A stretch of DNA of 63,332 nt, the filler included, from Octopus bimaculoides (taxonomy: Eukaryota), in assembly GCF_001194135.2 (NCBI RefSeq). It is 5 parts of 4 records of this genome, joined end to end, with 100 filler letters (N's around TTAATTAATTAA, not from the genome) between each part and the next. Parts side by side here need not be neighbours in the genome. Positions count along the whole stretch, not along the records: positions 1 to 23,444 come from NC_069005.1; positions 23,545 to 55,276 come from NC_068981.1; 3 more parts are not named here. One strand, written 5' to 3'. Every line of letters starts with the position of its first letter. Position 1 is the stretch's first letter. The notes beneath the pieces were generated by a model that searched no databases, was not told the DNA's origin, and saw only the letters and a program-made list of their open reading frames with translations. Positions 12,731 through 26,366 of the stretch are shown one piece after another. The translations under genes and the position numbers were made by a program.

Positions 12731-13577
12731 AAAGAAATAAGGAGAGGAACATGGAGAAAAAAAATGAGAAAAAAAAAATGGAGAAAAAAAAAGGAGAAAA
12801 AAAAGAAAAAAATGAGAGAAACAAGGAGAAAATATACATATACATATATTGTTTTAGTCATTTGACTGTGGTCATGCTGGAGCATCTCCTTTGCTGTAAA
12901 AGGGATTTGGATGGTTGGGCCTCCAACCAGGCCTTTCACGATACCCTTAAAACCAGGAACTTTTTAGCACCCCCCCACCTCTAAGGCATATTAGTGGAAG
13001 TATGTTTTTTTGTCTCCTTGTCTTGACATTAAGTGGTTTCTGTAAATTAATGTCATTCATTTCCATGCTCTGTTGCTATGGGGGGAAATATTACCTTGCT
13101 TGGAAACGAGTAAGGGTTGGCAACTGGTAGAGCATCCAATTGTAGAAAATCTGCTTCGGTAAACTTTGTCTGACCTATGCAACTATGGAAAAGTGGATGT
13201 TAAATCGATAATGATAACGGCAATAACGATCTTATTGAATAATTAGATGGCTGTCAAATGACTAAATGAAGCAATTTTTTTAATATCATCATTGTTTAAG
13301 ACTCGTTTTTCATGCTGGTATGGGTTGGACAGTTCAACAGGATTTGGCATGCTACAGAGCTGTGCTGAAATTCCAGTGTCAGCTTGGCATGTTTTCTACA
13401 GCTGGATGTCCTTTCTAATGTCAACCACCTTAGAGTGTGTACTGGGTGGCAACATCACTAGTGCCAGTGGCATATGGGTGCTTTTTTCATGCCACTGGAC
13501 CTTGTGAAGTTGCTAAATTAGCTGCTAGACAGGAAAGAGAAAAGTACCATGTCCTCCTTATTTACCAGATTAAAATA

Positions 13578-13795
13578 AAATAAATGCGCCCTTTTAAAGC
13601 CTAGCCAGGCTCATGGGCCCGGTTTCCCGGTTTCAATGGCGTATGTGTTCCCCAGCTGGACGGGACGCCAGTCCATCGCAACGTTACTCATTTTTGCCAG
13701 CTGAGTGGACTGGAGCAACATGAAATGAAGTGCTTTGCTCAAGAACACAACGCGTCGCCCAGTCCAGGAATCGAAACCACAATCTCACGATCATA
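13578..13795 (-). mobile_element. tRNA-derived SINE family C
   Basis: Carries gcgatggactggcgtcccgtccagctggg (resembles the V-SINE conserved domain, recalled) and tail gaaaccgggcccatgagcctggctaggc. Confidence 0.75.
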
Positions 13796-15419
13796 TTTAC
13801 CAGATTGCATGCATAAAATTACTCAAGCATGGCAACACCAATGAAAATAACAATAAAAACAAAACCACAGAATTGTGAATATAATTTGAAACAAGGTGTA
13901 AGGATTTCTATGTAGCAGCAACTATGATACTATTAGCATTTCAAAGAAAAACTCGCATTTGGAAAGCCATGGTAATTGCATTTTGATATAGTCACCACAA
14001 CAGACATTTGAGTCAGTGGTTTAATTAAATAGATTGACCACAGCTACTGCTGGCAATAGGTTTTATCGATCCTCTGAGGATGAAAAAATAAATTGGAATC
14101 TGTAAGATTTAATCTATTAAAAGCTAAATAATTAAAATGTAATAAAAATGTAAGGGCTGGCAGTGCAGATCACCACCACACCAGTGTTCTTTGTAGATCA
14201 ATATCATCTGCTGAACAAAGTCGGTGGGAAAGACTTGCAATTTGCAGCTAAATATCTCTCGAATCGCACCTTGCTTGTTGGGGAATATTTGAGAGGGAAT
14301 GCTGGCTTTATACCAGGTGCTGAGAAGCTAAAGTATTCTGGGGGGACAAGAACAGGTGTCTTGTTATATATGCATATTAATTAAAATAAGTATACATGTA
14401 CTTATTCACACGTACAAACGTGCTACATTTTCCTCTTCATAAAGTTAAACTCTATTGTAATTCTTTGCATTTATTTTGTAAGATATGGAAGCATGTATTG
14501 AAACCGATGTTGGTGTGTTTACATTCCTGTAACTTAGCAGTTCGGCAAAAGACACCGCTAGAATAAGTACTAGGTTTACAAAGAATAAGTCTTGGAGTTG
14601 ATTTGTTTGACTAAAGGCGGTGCTCCAGCATGGCTGCAGTCAAATGATTGAAACAAATAATAAATATATATATATATATATATATATANNNNNNNNNNNN
14701 NNNNNNNNNNNNNNNNNNNNNNNNNNNNNNNNNNNNNNNNNNNNNNNNNNNNNNNNNNNNNNNNNNNNNNNNTATTATATACATATATATATTATATACA
14801 TATATATATTATATACATATATATATTATATATATATATATATATTATATATATATATATATTATATATATATATATATACATACGACGGGCTTCTTTCA
14901 GTTTCCGTCTACCAAATCCAATCACAAGGCTTTGGTTGGCCTGAGGCTACTGTAGAAGACACTTACCCAAGGTGTCACGCAATGAGACTGAACCCAGAAC
15001 CATATGGTTGGGATACTCATGGTTAGTTCATGTTACTCCATAATGAGCATAGGCCAGTTTCCTGGTTTCTCTGGAGTGCACTGGAGCCGAATGAGATGAA
15101 GTGTTTTGCTGAAGAACACAACACAATGCACTGCTTTGTCCAGGAATCGAAACTGCAATCTTATGATCATGTGTCTGACAACCTAACCACTAAGCCATAC
15201 ACCTCCACATGTGCTCATAAATTAGTGTATGGTGGTTGGTGTTAGGAAGGGCATCCAGAACCATGCCAAAGCAGACAATGGAACATGTGGCAGTCCTTGA
15301 GCAATTGGCTCTTGTCAAACCATCCAAACCCATGCAACATGGAACATGGAGGTTAAACGATGATGATGGTGATGATGACATTACATGCTACCCTTCTATT
15401 TTTACAAAAAATCAAAATA

Positions 15420-15683
15420 AATCAAATGCGCCCTTTTAAAGCCTAGCCAGGCTCATGGGCCCGGTTTCCCGGTTTCAATGGCGTATGTGTTCTCTAGCTG
15501 GACGGGACGCCAGTCCATCGCAGCGTTACTCATTTTTGCCAGCTGAGTGGACTGGAGCAACGTGAAATAAAGTGTTTTGCTCAAGAACACAACACGTCGC
15601 CCGGTCTAGGAATCCAGGAATCGAAACCACAGTCTTACGATCATGATGCTGACACCCTAACCACTAGGCCACGTGCCTCCACT
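15420..15683 (-). mobile_element. SINE family C, full length
   Basis: Near-identical to 13578-13795 plus a tRNA head gtggaggcacgtggcctagtggttagggtg; head fragment also at 18870-18950 (+). Confidence 0.8.
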
Positions 15684-15721
15684 TCCATTTTTACAACTGT
15701 GTCCATAATGCCTCTGCCCTA

Positions 15722-15753
<32 letters not shown>

Positions 15754-17087
15754 TAGTAACATGAATAAAGGAAGTAAGCGCCCAAAAGGGAGCATCTATG
15801 TGGTTACCAGACTGGCAAGAAAAAGCAATTAAAGCCTCCCTTAAAATCGCACTACGATCATCTTAAAAAATAATGGATACATTGGATAACTCTGTCGGGA
15901 TGGTCTATGTAGGAGTGTCTTTAATGTGTTGGGTAAAGGTTGAACTAGGACTAACCAACAACTACACGAGTCATAACACTGCTTGGTATAGGGGTATGCA
16001 GTAATGTTGTTGTTGTTGTTGTTGTTTCGCCTCGGGTTAACTCTTATTTAACGAACCTGTAACCAAAAGAATTCCATTTATGAGCCATCTCATCATTTTG
16101 GGGCTATTTAACTCTTTGCTTGGATGTTAAATTTATCCCAACCACTTGAACATTTTTCAAATTTGCCCCTTCAGCATATTTTCAAAAAATATTTTTGCAT
16201 GCTGATGAAGAAAATCACATTTTATTTAAAAAAAAATTTTCCTAGAAACTAATAATAGTGAAATTGCAAGCGCTTAAAGTTACGTAATTTTAGCCTATCG
16301 AATGCTTCCATTGCGAACATGTCGTAGGTCGGAGCTGTTTGTTGTCATGGAGATCAGCGAAGATGGAGATAAGTCAACGAAGACAAAACCTTTACGTGGT
16401 CTCTCGAACTGCTAGAAATAGCAGCAAAATCTTCCTTATACTACACCATAACGTCTAAAAAACCCAGAAAGGATGGCACATTATATGACTTAGCTGGGAT
16501 ATTGGCATTTTTCATTCATTATTAAAGCACCAAAGCGCACCAAATGGTTGAAAGAAAATTTAATAAAATCTTTCCACGTTAAACACGCCATTTCCTTTCG
16601 TAAAATGGTGACGGTGTGGTTTTTTTTAAGGGAGATTTCTAAACAAGTCTTCTTCCATACACTGTGGCCTTCCATTCAGTAACACTTGAGTAAACCTCAG
16701 CAAGGTAGCTGAGGTTACTAGAAAAATGTATTTTTATAAGCTGGTCAGTGGATGACCGGCTTCTAAAGGGCGAAAGGGTGGTCGGTGCAGATCACGCCAC
16801 CACATTCGCTCTCTTATGCACATCAATATCGTCTGCAAAATGGAGTTGGCGGGGAAGACCTGCAGTTTGCAGCTAAATTTCCCTCAAATCGCACTTTTGC
16901 CTTTCTTGTCTTAGAGAAAACAAAGACACATTGAATAATGTAGTCTTAGGTAGACTTTGTCGGACTGAAATACTGGATGATAATGGTGATGATGACATTA
17001 TATTACATTCCATTTGATAATGATGAGGTCTACTGGATCATGAGTTGACCCTGGGTTAAACCTCTGCTCCATATATAAACCTCATCT

Positions 17088-17158
<71 letters not shown>

Positions 17159-17705
17159 GACAAAATCCAAAATTACAGGTAAAAACTCAATTGAAATCAA
17201 TTTATAAAAAATTAAAATTAAATTGAGCTTTACAGATTAAAATATATATAAATATATAGTTTTAGATAAAAGAACCAAGTTTCATGAACTCATCGATGAA
17301 AATCCACTATCACATATAGAAAAATTAATAATATATATATATATATATGTATATGTATATACATACACACACCTCCATATACACATATATACATACACGC
17401 ACCACCTGAACAACTGCTGCTTACCCTCACGCGCACAATCACCCCCTACTACTAACCACAAAACAACTCCGTCAGGATACACATACCCCACCGTTTCCAC
17501 TCCTGCTACCAAACTACACTCAGTCCACACCATCACCAACTACATTCAGTCACAGTACATACCACCAACTACTAAATACACTTTGTCAAGATATACCGAC
17601 ACCACCACCACTACCGGCATTCCAGACATTGTATATTTCTTTCTCCTCTATCAAGTCTGTCAGAGCATTTCTACACTATTTTCACCCTTTTCTCAACTAT
17701 ATGGT

Positions 17706-17803
<98 letters not shown>

Positions 17804-17860
17804 CACTTATATACATATATATATAGATACACACACACACACACACACATATACATGTGC

Positions 17861-17896
<36 letters not shown>

Positions 17897-18132
17897 CTGT
17901 CTATCTGTATTTGTGTGTACACATACATACACTCACACATATATAATTAGGTAAACGTTTGTATTTACAAACAACATGGAGCAGTGTTTGATACAAGTCT
18001 ATAGTTTTCGTTTGTGATACGGAAAGTTCACGAAATATAACCTTTTAATTTCCTGTACCTGATCTTCAGGTTTGTGTGTAAGTATATTTGTATGTGTGCA
18101 TGTGAGTGAGTATGTATATATACACATGTATA

Positions 18133-18189
<57 letters not shown>

Positions 18190-19467
18190 GTATGTGTATA
18201 TCTGTGTGTGTATATATATGTGTGTATATCTGTGTGTGTGTGTGTATATATATATGTGTGTATATCTGTGTGTGTGTGTGTATATATATATGTGTGTATA
18301 TCTGTGTGTATCTATGTATATATATATGTGTGTATATGTATATATATATATATATATGTGTGTGTATATGTATATATATATATGTGTGTGTATATATATA
18401 TGTGTGTGTGTATATATATATGTATGGGTGTATATATATATGTGTATATATATGTATGTGTGTATATATGCATGTATATATATGTATGTGTGTGTGTGTA
18501 TGTATGTATGTATGTATATCATCATCATTTAACATCCGTTTTCTATGCTGGCTTGAGATGGGCAGTTTGACAGAGGAACTGGCTAGCAGAAAAGCTGCCC
18601 AGACTTCATGTCAGGGTTTTGGCATAGATTCTACAGCTGGATGCCCTTCCTAATACCAACCACTCTGCAGAGTGGACTGGGTGCTTTTACGCAGCACTGG
18701 TGTGAGGGTGCTTACATGGCACTGGTATGGGTGCTTTTTATGTGGCACCAACATCCATGATCCCACAAGATCAGGGACAATCAGCTGGAAATGGATGCAT
18801 GGGACATGCCTGTATACAAGAACAACCATGCTTCTACTTAGCTTGACATTATATATATATATATATATTGTGAAGGCATGTGGCTTAGTGGTTAGGGTAT
18901 TCGGATCGCGATTGTAAGGTCGTTAGTTCAATTCCCAGTGACGCATTGTGNNNNNNNNNNNNNNNNNNNNNNNNNNNNNNNNNNNNNNNNNNNNNNNNNN
19001 NNNNNNNNNNNNNNNNNNNNNNNNNNNNNNNNNNNNNNNNNNNNNNNNNNNNNNNNNNNNNNNNNNNNNNNNNNNNNNNNNNNNNNNNNNNNNNNNNNNN
19101 NNNNNNNNNNNNNNNNNNNNNNNNNNNNNNNNNNNNNNNNNNNNNNNNNNNNNNNNNNNNNNNNNNNNNNNNNNNNNNNNNNNNNNNNNNNNNNNNNNNN
19201 NNNNNNNNNNNNNNNNNNNNNNNNNNNNNNNNNNNNNNNNNNNNNNNNNNNNNNNNNNNNNNNNNNNNNNNNNNNNNNNNNNNNNNNNNNNNNNNNNNNN
19301 NNNNNNNNNNNNNNNNNNNNNNNNNNNNNNNNNNNNNNNNNNNNNNNNNNNNNNNNNNNNNNNNNNNNNNNNNNNNNNNNNNNNNNNNNNNNNNNNNNNN
19401 NTAATAGCAATGCTCTTGCTTGGTGTTCCACTTGAATTACAAGGTTCAGTCGTGCGGTAAAACCTTT

Positions 19468-20105
19468 GCTTCAAGACCACATGGTTCCTGGTTCAGTCCC
19501 ACTGTGTGGCACCTTGAGCAAGTGTCTTCTACTATAGCCTCGGGCTGACAAAACCCTTGTGAGAGAATTTGGTAGACAGAAACTGAAAGGCGGTGAGCTG
19601 GCAGAAACGTTAACACGCCGGGCGAAATGCTTAGCAGTATTTCGTCTGAGTTCAAATTCCGCCGAGGTCGACTTTGTCTTTCATCCTTTCGATGTTGATT
19701 AAATAAGTACCAGTTACACACTGGGGTCGATATAATCGACTTAATCCGTTTGTTTGTCTCCTCTGTGTTTAGCCCCCTTGTGGGCAGTAAAGAAATAAGA
19801 AGCTGAAAGAAACTTATGGTGTGTGTGTATTTATTTGTGTGTCTGTGTGTCCCCCTCCACTACCATCACCACTTGACAACTGGTGTTGGTGTGTTTATAT
19901 CCCCATAACCTAGCAGTTTGGCAAAAAGAGACCAACAGAATAAGTACCAGACTTTAAAAGAAAATAATGGGGTCAATTCACTTGATTGAAATCTTTGAAG
20001 GCAATGCCCTAACATGGCCACAATGCCCTAACATGGCCACAGTGCCCTAACATGGCCACAGTGCCCTAGCATGGCCAGTCTAATGATTGAAACAAGTAAG
20101 AGACA
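19468..20105 (+). mobile_element. SINE family A carrying a nested family B SINE (19590-19798)
   Basis: The A element is interrupted at gaaactgaaag; the B element is flanked by gaaactgaaag (19579-19589) and gaagctgaaag (19799-19809). Confidence 0.8.
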
Positions 20106-20112
20106 AAAGAAT

Positions 20113-20400
20113 TGTAGGGATAACATCAGCAGTGAGGGAATTCTTGAGGATCTTTGATCTGAAGAAGACGGACTGAGTGTCCTCGTTAGTGTTAAGTCCT
20201 TGGAGGAAGTGAAGACAATATGTGTCAGAGGAGGAAGAGTGGAGATTGAGTCACTAAGCCTGAGTGGAGGTGAAAGGAGACCAACCAGTTCTGAGAACAG
20301 AGGCCATTGTTGTAAGAGCAAAGAGACAGCATGTCTATGGGTGAGAGTCTGGAATAGTTATTGAGTGACTTCAGGACAATCAGTTGGTGACCTTGTAAGA
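20113..20400 (-). mobile_element. CR1/L2-group LINE 3' remnant
   Basis: Frameshifted translation YNNGLCS-ELVGLLSPPLRLS...YCLHF...FFRSKILKNSLTADVIP resembles the C-terminal SFFPRT..LWNSLP.DV motif. Confidence 0.55.
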
Positions 20401-20423
20401 CATGCAGTCTGGAATATTTGTAT

Positions 20424-20480
20424 ACAGGTTGCCGTCGACTTACGACCTGTCCGACTTACAGCCGATTGACTTTGCAACAA
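20424..20480 (+). mobile_element. Tigger/pogo-type terminal inverted repeat remnant
   Basis: ta-caggttgccgtcgacttacgacc resembles the CAGG..TCGACTTACGA ends of Tigger MITEs (recalled). Confidence 0.45.
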
Positions 20481-20631
20481 TCGGCGCGCCAGCTCCCGAC
20501 AGCAATAATAATAGTCCAGTTCAAATCTAATGGGTTTAATTTCTTAGAGATTAACCTGTCTGTGAGTGATGTCAGTTAACCACCGCTTCCCATAGGTTTG
20601 TTTATCGATTGCCACTGTGGTTATCACTCTT

Positions 20632-20833
20632 TTACTCGTTTCAGTCATTTGACTGTGGCCATGCTGGAGCACCGCCTTTAGTCGAGCAAATCGACCCCAG
20701 AACTTATTCTTTGCAAGCCTAGTACTTATTCTATCGGTCTCTTTTGCCGAACTGCTAAGTTATGGCGACGTAAACACACCAGCATCGGTTGTCAAGCGAT
20801 GTTGGGGGGACAAACACAGACACACAAACACAC

Positions 20834-20872
<39 letters not shown>

Positions 20873-21190
20873 ATACAAAGAATATATATACATGTATACA
20901 CACATATATGTACATACTTACATCTACATGTGTATATACATGCATATCAGGGTACAGGACGTTAGAACAATAAACTACAGACAACGGAACGAACACATAG
21001 GAAAACGGAAAGCCCCTTGGAATATCCCTTCATCAGCTGTCTCTATTCTATCTAGACGTTTCGAAATATATATACATACATATATACAACGGGCTTCTTT
21101 CAGTTTCCATCTACCAAATCCACTCACAAGGCTTTGGTCGGCCCGAGGCTATAGTAGAAGACACTTGCCCAAGGTGCTACGCAGTGGGAC
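20632..21190 (-). mobile_element. SINE family A split by a Penelope-like insert in its internal microsatellite
   Basis: Tail half at 20632-20850, head half at 21085-21190, foreign segment at 20930-21068. Confidence 0.75.
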
Positions 21191-22727
21191 TTGTTGATCT
21201 TTTAAAATACTTCCATTTCTGGATGGGATATTACGTTTTCTCTTCCTTTTATGCAAACTGTCAAACTTAACCCAAACACCATGTATATTATATACATGTG
21301 TGTGTATATATGTGCTCGTTTCTCCTCTTTGTTTTGCTTCTGTCAATCTTTGGTGGCTTTTAGCAATAAAAGTAACTAAATATTCTTATTATAAAATATG
21401 GAAATTTCCATGCTATATGAAATGTGTACATGGACGTTAACAAATTGTTTTTATATACCATTCCCGGCTTCACATATGCCTGTGTAGTCTGCTCAGAATT
21501 CGTAGATCAAATTTCAACTCATGTGAGAACCACCATTCGTTATTCAATTTGTTTGTTTAGAGAACCGTTTGTATATATGGGTGGGTGTATCATTGTATAC
21601 GTCTATATAAGTGCATGTATGTTAATAAATGATTATCTTAATTGCCTGATTAAGAAAGCCGTGGTTATAAAATGACTCAATGCATTTCAATGTAGACTTA
21701 GATATTTTATTTATACAAAAGGCGTACCAACACTTGTACAGACGCTTTAATACTAATGGACGTTAGTCTATTAGTTTCTCATCACATGGGGCTCATGTAT
21801 TTATATATGTCAACATATGTATACACATATACGTGTGTGTGTGTGTTGACATATTTTATTGTAATATCATCCCTACCTCAGCAAAATATCGGGTCTTCAT
21901 CCAGTTATAATTGGATGTTTTATTGACTCTGTGTGTGGGGGTTGTAGGGGGTTGCGGTGGTGGCGATAGGGGAAGAATCGGCTTAAGGTTTGACCCTGAG
22001 TCGGGGAGCAAGTTTGAATCTGTTTGAAATCTGTTCAATGGAATCTCAACTGGAATTTCACTGTTTTAAGGTTTACATAGTCAACTGGATTATGGTTGTT
22101 AGCGTGATGGTGGCGATGGTGAGGCTGTAAGAAAGAAAAAAAACTTGGCTGGGTGGCAGTAGGGGGTTGGGTGGTGACATACTGAAAATGGTGTGAGATA
22201 AGGAGGAGGAGAAAGGAGACTGTGTAGGGAGGGAATCGTGGCGGCGGTGGTGCTAGAGAAAGGAGACTGAATCTCTTTTTTTTATTGCTCCTGTATATAT
22301 TTTTCTCCACACGATTTCATGACATACTTTCACTCATTTGTACATACATACGTACGGTATGCTTTTTTGCTCGCTCATGTACACATACCTACATACACGC
22401 ACATACATACATACATAAACATTCATTTATTACCCTCATAATGTCTTCAGATTATCTCGGGTTTGCTCACACCACCACCACCACCCTCTCTCTCTCCCTT
22501 CTCTTTATTCCTCCTCCTCTCTCTCCTCACTTCGTTTCTCTAGTTCCATTCCCCCACACACATACACATGCTCGCACGCGCAGTTTTGTCTCTTTCTCTT
22601 TCTCTTTTCCTCTTGCTCCCGTAGTATTTACTCTCTCTCTCTCTCTCTCTCTTGTATTCACTCCCTCTCTCCCTCTCTCTCTCTTGTATTCACTCCCTCT
22701 CTCTGTCTCTCTCTCTCTCTCTGTCTG

Positions 22728-22759
<32 letters not shown>

Positions 22760-23270
22760 TCTCTCTCATTATTTTCAACCGAAGTATCCGAAGTTTCAAA
22801 CTGTTAAAAAAAAATCTTTTAATCTGTGACTGAGATTGAAAAGATCCTTTCTTCCATATTTCCGTAACTCGCTCTCAGCTTTCCGTCGTCTCCCCGTCCC
22901 TCACACACTCTCCTTATCAGCCAACGGGTAAAAGCCCCTATGCGGTAACACTACCTGCCAGAAATAGGAGTCAAAACATCCCGTGGATCCCTCATCCCTT
23001 TTTTTCAATAGGGAGCACATTATACGATAGTGTGGTCCTGGTTGGAATGCCTACGGTCATAGACAGCTTGCTTACTCAGGAACTGACCTGTGGCTAAACC
23101 ACACGAATTATTTATCTTTCTGGGTCTTGTTCATGTTCTTTCAACCACTTGAAGTTTTTCAAATTTTCAACATATTACTTTCAAAAATGTATAGTTCTGA
23201 TGTAGTTTACATTCTGGTGACGAAAATTGCATTTTAAAAATTTTTTCTAGAAATTAATTTTTAAAAAATT

Positions 23271-23409
23271 TAGGCGCAGGAGTGGCTGTGTGGTAATTAG
23301 CTTGCTTACCAACCACATGGTTCCGGGTTCAGTGCCACTGCGTGACACCTTGGGGGTCGACCAAAACCTTGAGAGTGGATTTGGTAGACGGAAACTGAAA
23401 GAAGCCCAT

Positions 23410-23420
<11 letters not shown>
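23271..23420 (+). mobile_element. SINE family A head, cut by the scaffold linker
   Basis: taggcgcaggagtggctgtgtggtaattagc ... gaaagaagcccatcg. Confidence 0.8.
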
Positions 23421-23444
<24 letters not shown>

Positions 23445-23544
23445 NNNNNNNNNNNNNNNNNNNNNNNNNNNNNNNNNNNNNNNNNNNNTTAATTAATTAA
23501 NNNNNNNNNNNNNNNNNNNNNNNNNNNNNNNNNNNNNNNNNNNN
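23445..23544. other. Artificial scaffold-join linker (44 N + TTAATTAATTAA + 44 N); identical linkers at 55277-55376, 58933-59032, 61063-61162
   Basis: Exactly the same 100-nt layout four times; TTAATTAATTAA gives stops in all six frames. Confidence 0.9.
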
Positions 23545-23592
<48 letters not shown>

Positions 23593-23619
23593 ATAATAAT
23601 AATACTAATGCTGCTGCTG

Positions 23620-23670
<51 letters not shown>

Positions 23671-24639
23671 TCTAAATAATCCTGTTTCGATAACCAGAAT
23701 CTAACGAACAATATTCTTTTTCATACAAGTTACACGCACACACGCACACACACACACACACACACACACGAATAGAATAAAACAGATATACACATATATA
23801 CATACATCCACTACCTCCTCACCCTTTTCTCTTTTCTCTTTTTCCGTTCATTAAACCTTTTCCCCCACTTTACAATGCCAGCAACCAGACATCATTTTTT
23901 CTATATCATCTCCCCTGTACATACGTTTCCTATTTTATCGTTAAGTGGAAAAACAATTTCGTTCTGTAGTTTTCCATATATTTATCGTTAAGTTTTAAAT
24001 TCATAGTTTAGACTTTATATATATGTGAGTGAGTGAGTGGGTGAATGTGTGTGCGTGTGTGTGTGTGTGTGTGCGTGTGTGTGTATGTGTGCATATATGT
24101 ATGTATGAAGTATATATGTATTAGGTATATATGATGTATATATGTAACGCATACATACATTGGTCTTTATATACATTCATATGTGTGTATTTGTGTGCAT
24201 ATGTCTGTGTGTATGTATGCTTGCATGCTTTCATGTATGTATATATGTATGTATGTATATATGCATAAGTTTTTATATAGATTCATATACACACACGTAC
24301 ATAAATAATTTTAAGCTGAAATTACATCGATTGCAGCAATTAGTTTACGTCTCACCAATTTTGAAGTAGTCAGTTGGCTAAATGTAATAATTTTATATAA
24401 ATAATTAGAAATATCTTTAAACAAGCGCTTTAACAATTTAAAGCTTTTTACTGAAGTAGGGATGTTATTGTATAAAGTTGTCTGTCGTTTGCATGATAAT
24501 TTTTTCAAAAATATGTAACGATAAAAATATGCAATTTGGTTTTTAAAAATATATTTGTAGTGAACCCTAGTGAACTTCCAATCTCTATTATATATACATA
24601 CATACGAACGTAGCAGGTAACATCTAACCTTTGGGTGCT

Positions 24640-25800
24640 GTTTCTACCACTCTGATTCGTTGGTATTGGTGCAATTTGTCTCTTACTCTATTGCGCGCCA
24701 ATATGCAACCTAACCAATCGCAACCTCTAAATAAATCACGTGAGACAGTCTGTTCTAAACTCCATTTGAGCCTACCGTTAGCTATAAAATCTCACCTCCT
24801 CCTCGTCTCGAGATCTGTTGGTTCCAGACCTTCTAAGGTCTAACCACTGACCACATTACAGCGACCTCCATCTTCGTCGTCACTGTCATGTCTCTCACCA
24901 ACGTCTCAACAACATCTCTACACAGCACCAACAACTCTGCACTGGTTCTAACATATCGCTGTTCGCGAGCTACCTCACCATGATTAACAGCAAACATACA
25001 ACCTACGCAGATGCATGTAGAGATATGAATAAATGTTCATCAACCATTTCCATTTATCATTCTGCTTGTATATATACGTGTGGCCGGCATTAAAGACATT
25101 TAAAGTTACCGCCTTGTTCCATGTATTTCTTTATACCGTGTTCTTGTCAAATGATATTACAGCCTTCTGCGTAGAGTCACATTAGATGGAATACAACCTA
25201 TCCTCCTATATAATAACAAATGTATTGATGTGTGACAACGAAAAGACAGCAATTCTGAATGGTTATTCAAGATGGAGCCTTTTTCTCAGTAAAGTTACAG
25301 TGCATAAACTAGCAAGCACGTTTACTAGTTTATGCAGTGGGGAAACATTTATAGAATTGATTTATTTCTAGCTGATCTGAAAATGGCAAATGAATAGACA
25401 TTCAGGAAAATTTGCAATTCCCAGATCTATACATGTGGTTTTTCAAATATGGTTATCGGAGTGTCAGCTGAGTGAAATGTCGCCTTTCAGTAAGTAAAAA
25501 AATATATTTCAGAACTGAAGCATGTATACTGTTATTATATTTCATATATTTGAATCAGTCCAATGTATTGAAATAAATAAATAGATAAATGAATGATAAA
25601 TTATATGATGGGTGATGTAATAGAAATAATGTTACCCAGGACAGACAGTATGAGAAATAATGCATCGTATAGATTTGCTTAAATAACTTGATTATCAGAG
25701 TGGTACTGTTGAAGCGTACTGGGCCCATAACACAGAATATACTTGTATATATACCTACAGGGGTAGACACAAATTATATTATTCAATAGAAATTTATTCA
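24640..25800 (-). mobile_element. Degenerate Penelope-like element (RT C-terminus + GIY-YIG)
   Basis: Minus-strand pieces GCIPSNVTLRRRL (cf. NIP.NLARRI) near 25170 and VIY..GCDW..HIG...RDKLHQYQRIR near 24700, in the expected order; several frameshifts are required. Confidence 0.4.
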
Positions 25801-25991
25801 GGGCCGAAGTAGACTAAAATCAAAGTAACGGGGTGAATAGAGACGATAACAAGACCTTTCGCTTAGTATATAGAATATTTCTCAAATCACCTGCCTCCCG
25901 TAATTGTAATTTAATGAAAGTGTGACTATACGGATAACCATTATCTTAAAGCGGGTTGAATTAATAAAATTTGCTACACAAATAATAATAA

Positions 25992-26366
25992 TATTGATTT
26001 CAAATTTTGGCAAAAGGCCAGCAATTTTAGGGGAGCGAGTAAGTCGATTACATCGGCCTCGAAAGGATCAAAGCCAAAGTCAACCCCGGCGGAATTTGAA
26101 ATCAGAACGAAAAAACGGACGAACTGCCGCTAAGCACCATGCCTGGTGTGCTAACGATTTGCCAGCTCACCGCCTTTAATATTAGTTTCAAATTTTGGCA
26201 CAAGGTCATAAATTTCTGGGTGGAGGGTAAGTCGATTACATGAATCCCAATGTTCGACTGGTATTTATTTTATCGACCCCGAGAGGATTAAAGGCAAAGT
26301 TGATCTCGGCGGAATCTGAAATACCACTAATACCCGGCGTGCTAATGATTCTGCCATCTTGCCGCT
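25992..26366 (-). mobile_element. Two head-to-tail family B SINEs
   Basis: Each runs from tttcaaattttggc..aagg to ctgcca...ccgc; units at 25992-26175 and 26181-26366. Confidence 0.8.

Noticed and set aside
16689-16723. Hairpin agtaaacctcagc/gctgaggttact followed by CTAG (Helitron-like end)
   Set aside because: CTAG overlaps the stem rather than lying ~10 nt downstream, and no matching 5' TC end or second copy was seen.
24690-24790. CCAAT boxes, CACGTG and TATAAAA resembling a plus-strand promoter
   Set aside because: The opposite strand reads as a Penelope GIY-YIG remnant, and the downstream ATG gives only a ~31-codon ORF.
25295-25342. 22-bp hairpin tgcataaactag/ctagtttatgca
   Set aside because: The 4-nt loop and 48-nt total length are too small for a pre-miRNA, and it lies within a putative Penelope remnant.
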